Shown piece after piece: positions 58,359 to 64,000 of a stretch of 64,000 bases of DNA. The translations under genes were made by a program, and so were the position numbers. This DNA is from the human T2T-CHM13v2.0 reference genome, Homo sapiens: the NCBI RefSeq assembly GCF_009914755.1, contig NC_060929.1; one strand, given 5' to 3'. The notes beneath the pieces are model-generated. The model searched no databases. It was not told the origin of the DNA and was given only the letters and a program-made list of their open reading frames with translations. Positions within the stretch are counted from its first letter, which is position 1. Every line of letters starts with the position of its first letter.

Positions 58359-60736
58359 GTAGTTTGGGATAAGAGTTTTTAATATATCTGTGTTTTTAAT
58401 ATATCTGTATCAAATAAAGTCTATATGCATTTGAAAAACAACAGCAAACTATCCTGCAACTTGATTGCCAGCATGGTACGCTGGGCATGATTTTAAAGCC
58501 TAAAACTAGATTAACATTCTGGTTGATGTAGTTTAAATAGATCCCATTATCTTTATCCAACTACATATCTAACATTCATGTATTAAGAAAATCATTGTGT
58601 CTCTCCACTTGGAATAATTATTTTATTACCGAAAGATCTAACATAAATTTCACCTCTTCCCTGTAGCCTCTCATGATGATGTAAAGTGGAAGCATTTGTC
58701 TCCTTCACTCATAAAGCAGATTTTACCACCATCTTTCCATTTACCACATTGTGTTAGGAATGAATTTCATCTCACATCTCAAACAGACAATAAAACATGA
58801 AAACACCAAGCCTCAAAGTCTACTAGTCACTCAATGAGTATTATTTGATTATCATCCTGAGTCTTCTTTTCTAACAGACTAAGAACTCCTTGAGAAACAT
58901 GTTAATATCTGATATGGTGATCCACAAATATTTGTTAAATGAAAGAAAGAATGACCTAATTAATTGGCATTTTGGCAAATAATAAGGTTCCTTACTTCTG
59001 TAGAAATATGACATAAAGTTGAAAAATATAAATCAATAAAAGCGTCTGCTGTCATGCATCACTGATTTTGCTAAATCCATTTCATGTGTGTTCTTTCTGA
59101 ATTAATTCTTGTAGTTCAGAATGAAGAAGTAATGACAAAATTTTGAACATTATGTGGCATTATCTTGCAGATACACAGAGATCACAGCTCTTTTTCAAAT
59201 ATGATTCAAAGTATATAGTTTGCAATTCTGTATTGGAAAGTTATGTGTGTTAACTTCCATTTTCCTTTCTAAAATAATTTCCAGAACACACATTTTAAGA
59301 AAATCCCTTTGATTACTGTATTAACATTCACAAGATATGACACAATTTATAGCATGTCAAGTATGATCCTTCCCATAACAACATATTGCATTAGTAAGGC
59401 TATTATATTTTTTAAATATATATATTCTATCCAAAGAATGACATCCAAGAATGTTCATTAAATTTTCTACATCAAATTAGTATAAAGTCAAAGTATACAG
59501 CAACTTAATGGCATACCCTCAGTCATTGATAAGCAAGGGAGCTATTATTTTTGCTATAATATGTATAATATTATACCTAAGAGTATTATAATATACATAT
59601 ACATAATAGGAATATAATATGTATAATAATATACACAAGATGATTCTTTCCTCCTAGTCTTTAGACTTGCATCCTCATTAACTATTTTATTTTAAATATC
59701 CACAGATATATTTTGACATATAATAATTATATGTCCATAGGAGGATTTAAATTCTATTTCATTGTGTGGAGAAATATCTTGGTATTACAATTTAAGTATG
59801 CCACTTGATATACATTTAGATAACAATATTATATTTTATTTTGTAAAGTCTATTTTAAAATCTGAAACACAGAAGACAGCCTGCTAAACCTTAGAATCTC
59901 TACCAAGAAAATGCTTGGTAAATATTTAATGAAGAAAATTAGGCCTGTGTATTGGTTATATAAAACTTTCAAAGGAAAAAGAAAAAAAAACACAAGGAAT
60001 GCAGCAATACAGTTGTTGGTAAATGAATTGGGGAAGAGGCATTTATGGGAAAATCATGCTGGCATGTACAGGTTTCTTCTGCCAATATGTAACCTGTGAT
60101 GCTGTGTGTGAATATAAGAAAACATATTTATGTGAAATTATAGAAATAAAAAGTAACATAGGTATTCATAAAATACATGATTTCACTTGAAGATATCGCA
60201 GACCCTATAGAATTTTTAACTGGTTGAAGTCATATGGCATATAAAATTAGAAGTTTCCTGCATGCGCTGTGGCATATGTAGGAGAAAGGTAAGAGTGCGC
60301 TCAGAAAGTGAACAATAACCATCTGAACTCATACTTGACTGGTTCACATAGAAAATGAGCAAGGAAAATTAGCCTGCAGAGATTTAGAAAACAAATGAAA
60401 TCCAAAATACAAAATGGACTAATGGATTATAGTAAGTGTTCATTTTCATGCTGAATAGTGTATGTCAATATATGTATTTCTTTAAAGTAATAGAACAAGT
60501 GTCATTGAAACATTGATTCTTTTTCATTTTCAGTTTATCACATCTCATCTGTTTTTAAGCTGTCATAAGAAGGAAAACAAGAATTGAAAAGACTCATCTT
60601 TCTAGAATGTTCTCATATTTTTTGAAAAAGGCAGAATAAATAAATAAACATAAAACAGAAACCTCTCAACTGATGGCTGTGCATTAGGGGAGTTTCTAAA
60701 ATCATAATATAACCCACATTGCAGCATTGCAATTAC

Positions 60737-61029
60737 TTTTTTCTTTTTTTACAAAGACAGGGTGTTGCTTTGTCACTGGAGAGCAGTGGTGTGAATGAAG
60801 GTCATGGCAACCTTGACCTCCTGGGCTCAAGTGATCCTCCTGTCTTAACCTCCTGAGTAGATGGGACTATAAGTGTGCACCGCCATGCCTGGCTAATTTT
60901 TTAATTTTTTATAGAGACAGGGTCTCAGTATGTTCCCCAGGCTGGTTTCGAACCCCTGAGCTTAAGCAATATGTCCAACATGGCTTCCCAAAGTGCTGAG
61001 ATTACAGGTGTGAACCAGCACATCCAGCC
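60737..61029 (-). mobile_element. AluJ-like element
   Basis: Diverged dimeric Alu. Confidence 0.85.
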
Positions 61030-61368
61030 TACTTTATAATTTTAAAACTTCTCTCATTCAACCTTACATTTTATTTAATAACTTGAAAGCACAAATAAAG
61101 TAGTTTGGTTGCATGTAAACGCAGAGTTGACATAGCACCCTGGATCTGTACTAGGGATCAGAACAATAAACACCGTAAGGAGACAGGCAGGTGTAACAAG
61201 CAAGGTTTCAGTCTAAAGGGCATGATGAAAATAAGAAAACCATGAAGCTTGTGCATGCCCTGGCCCAAAAACATTCAGAGGCAATTTACTAGAAATGCCT
61301 GTGCTCACCATATTTGTATACAACTTATGGAATGACTCTTGTATCTTCCATCGCATTAAATGTTTTAA

Positions 61369-61749
<381 letters not shown>

Positions 61750-61777
61750 TGTTTTCATTTTTAAAAGGCACACTTAC

Positions 61778-62031
61778 CTAATGGGGCTGGAAATAGAATC
61801 TGGGTCCCTTGCCATTACAGTACCAATGATTGTGCCCACTTCAATATCTTCATGAACTTCAAACAGATAGGAGGACCTACTAAAAACAGGAGGTTCATCC
61901 ACATCTTCTATAGAGATTTTCACTATGGTAGTATCTTTAAATGGTCCTAGGTAATAAAAACGGGGATCTACATGGGTGTTTTCTGCTTCGACTTTCAGAG
62001 TATAAAGTCTTCGGCTCTCATAGTCGAGTGG
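61778..62031 (-). CDS. CDH10: Cadherin-10 coding exon (254 bp; presumed exon 7), EC3/EC4
   Basis: Acceptor tttatacag|CCACTC, donor ATTAG|gtaagt. Encodes [50 protein letters not shown]...[10 protein letters not shown] with LDYE and DVDEPP calcium-binding motifs. Confidence 0.97.
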
Positions 62032-63538
62032 CTGTATAAAAAAATAAATCATCAAATTAGAGTGAGGGAAATTGGATGATATGCTCCCACCCAGTTACAG
62101 TATGATTTTTAAGTTGTGGTTGAGTTCTCTTACATAGTTCATTAATTATAAATAAAAAAGACTAACACAAATAATATAATCTTCATGTTTCATTTAGGAT
62201 TCAACTTCTACTCTTTATGCATTCAATTAGTAAAACTTCGGAACATAGGAAATTGAGACTTTAAACCTTGGAAAAATTGGGATGGAAGCTGAAACCTATT
62301 TTAAAGGTGGTACCATTACAAAAAATGGGCTAATGGATGTTGCACGTGTTTGCGTGTGAATGTGCACGTGCAAAGGTGTTAGCTACTGCTAAATTTTTCT
62401 AAGTAAATACATGCAGTTATCTTTTTACATCTATGCTGTGATGTTTCCATTCAATGTAATGGGCTTATGATATTATAAAAACATTATGAAATCTTGGAGA
62501 CTAATATACAACTTTCAAGTTATGTCCAATATTCAAGATAAGAAAAACCCTCTGTAATAAGAAAAAATTTTGATAGTAATTTGGTAAATAGGTTACATGT
62601 TGAAACAAAATACCTTAAATATTCATATAGTTTAACTGTCAGAAGTATAAAATCAACTATTTTCTATCTCACCTATTCTGAAATGTATGTTTTGTTAACA
62701 GATAAATGATATTATTAGTTCAGATTCCCTCGACCTTTTATTTTTGTTTCAAAAAGAACAAGATTCTATTTGTATTACTGCTGCTGTCTGGTCTGAAAAA
62801 TGACAAGACAGCTGCTTTCCCATTTGCTAGTCACTGTCCATTTAATAACAGTTGGTTTTGTACTTTGTACCTTGCAAAAGTATCTCAGAATAGTTTAATT
62901 ATTAACTAATGCTTGTGTAGTTACTCTATGTATGGCATTTCATTAGGACCTAAAGTTTAATGTGCCTTATTTTTTTCTCATAATGATGGCACTTATGCTA
63001 CAATAACAAACAGGTTACCTTTAGATTGTATCACTGAGCATATGTTAGCAGAAGAGTTTAATTTATACAGCAGAAGGGAAAATGTGAACAATTAAATTAT
63101 GTTCCAATCCATGCTGTCTCTTTTATTAGTAACTCTAATTATTGCTTCATCATCTGGATAGATGGCATTGGACTTTTTATACCCCCAACTGGGATGATAT
63201 ATTGCCATTATTAGGTATTAACTACACAATTTAAAATAAAACAATGTGATTATGATGGGCTTTTATTAATGTGGCTTAGAAATATGATCACACATATATT
63301 AACTTGCCTTTTATATTTTCTAAAGTTTCAGGTTTCCTGTCTCAATCAACCAAAACATGTGGTCAAAATTTTCAAGGAGCTCTTTGGCTTTATGTCTTTC
63401 TTATGTATGCACAGTATAAATTACATTGCTGGAAAATTAGAGTAGTATTTCCCAATGGATCATTCATGAGCGAAGAGTATATAATGCAATCCCTACTCCT
63501 GAAACACACAGATGCTTATTTATATGGATGCTGTGCAC

Positions 63539-63726
63539 CTTTTTCACAGTGATGATGCCTTCCTGTGTGTCCTTCTCAGTCACGATGTCAAACATATCAG
63601 TACCGTCACCATCAATAATTCGGTATTCTACTTCAGCATTTTTCCCAGTGTCAGCATCAGTTGCTTTGACACTTCCAATGGCTGTGCCAACTGGGGAGGA
63701 TTCAAGAACTCGAAGATGAATAGTGT
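63539..63726 (-). CDS. CDH10: Cadherin-10 coding exon (188 bp; presumed exon 6), first part of EC3
   Basis: Acceptor tttatactttacag|ACACTATT, donor AAAAAG|gtgcac. Translates [62 protein letters not shown] with the cadherin A-x-D-x-D motif, and joins the next exon in frame. Confidence 0.95.
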
Positions 63727-63747
63727 CTGTAAAGTATAAAGAAAAGA

Positions 63748-63748
<1 letters not shown>

Positions 63749-63793
<45 letters not shown>
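63749..63793. repeat. (GA)n/(CT)n microsatellite upstream of the splice acceptor
   Basis: About 22 AG units with one interruption, ~22 nt from the 63727 acceptor. Confidence 0.92.
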
Positions 63794-63797
<4 letters not shown>

Positions 63798-64000
63798 CTC
63801 AATAGAATAGCCAAAAGCAAAACATGTATGACGCAATATAATAGATCTTAAACTCTAAATCAGATGTTGACAAATGATGAATACACATAACATGGATAAC
63901 ATTAAGGTCTAGGAACTTCCGGGGCTTTTGTCTGCACATATTATGAATAGTAAGAAACAAATCCTAACAGTAGGACAAATTCTGGTTTAAAAATGAGTAT

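Noticed and set aside
59545-59635. TA-rich repeated and palindromic motifs
   Set aside because: This is low-complexity (TA)-rich sequence, and the short repeats are expected from slippage.

Overview
AT-rich primate genomic DNA, most likely human, with no prokaryotic features. The right part (39.3-64 kb) holds the 3' half of the type II classical cadherin gene CDH10 on the minus strand. Seven coding exons have canonical GT-AG boundaries and splice into one open frame covering EC3-EC5, the transmembrane helix and the full cytoplasmic tail, followed by a ~560-nt 3'UTR ending at an AATAAA. One exon (50602-50723) is missing from the supplied ORF track. The left 39 kb is downstream intergenic DNA packed with transposable elements: solo LTR17 (HERV-W) and LTR5 (HERV-K HML-2), MaLRs, a two-LTR MER4-group provirus, a full-length Tigger1 with nested insertions, old L1/L2/MIR and many Alus. 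I found no new protein-coding system. The most unusual signals are: (i) a ~125-bp L1-mobilised retrocopy of what looks like an LTR12/ERV9 R-region-only transcript, in sense orientation in a CDH10 intron and carrying a poly(A) signal; (ii) a templated inverted copy of a Tigger1/Alu junction flanked by a 46-bp duplication; (iii) a non-TE ~85-bp-arm inverted repeat; (iv) tandem in-frame splice acceptors in the transmembrane-coding exon; (v) inverted Alus tightly flanking one exon; and (vi) several local duplications. Repeat family names and exon numbers come from my recall of consensus sequences and gene structure, not from a database search. Repeat boundaries are approximate.
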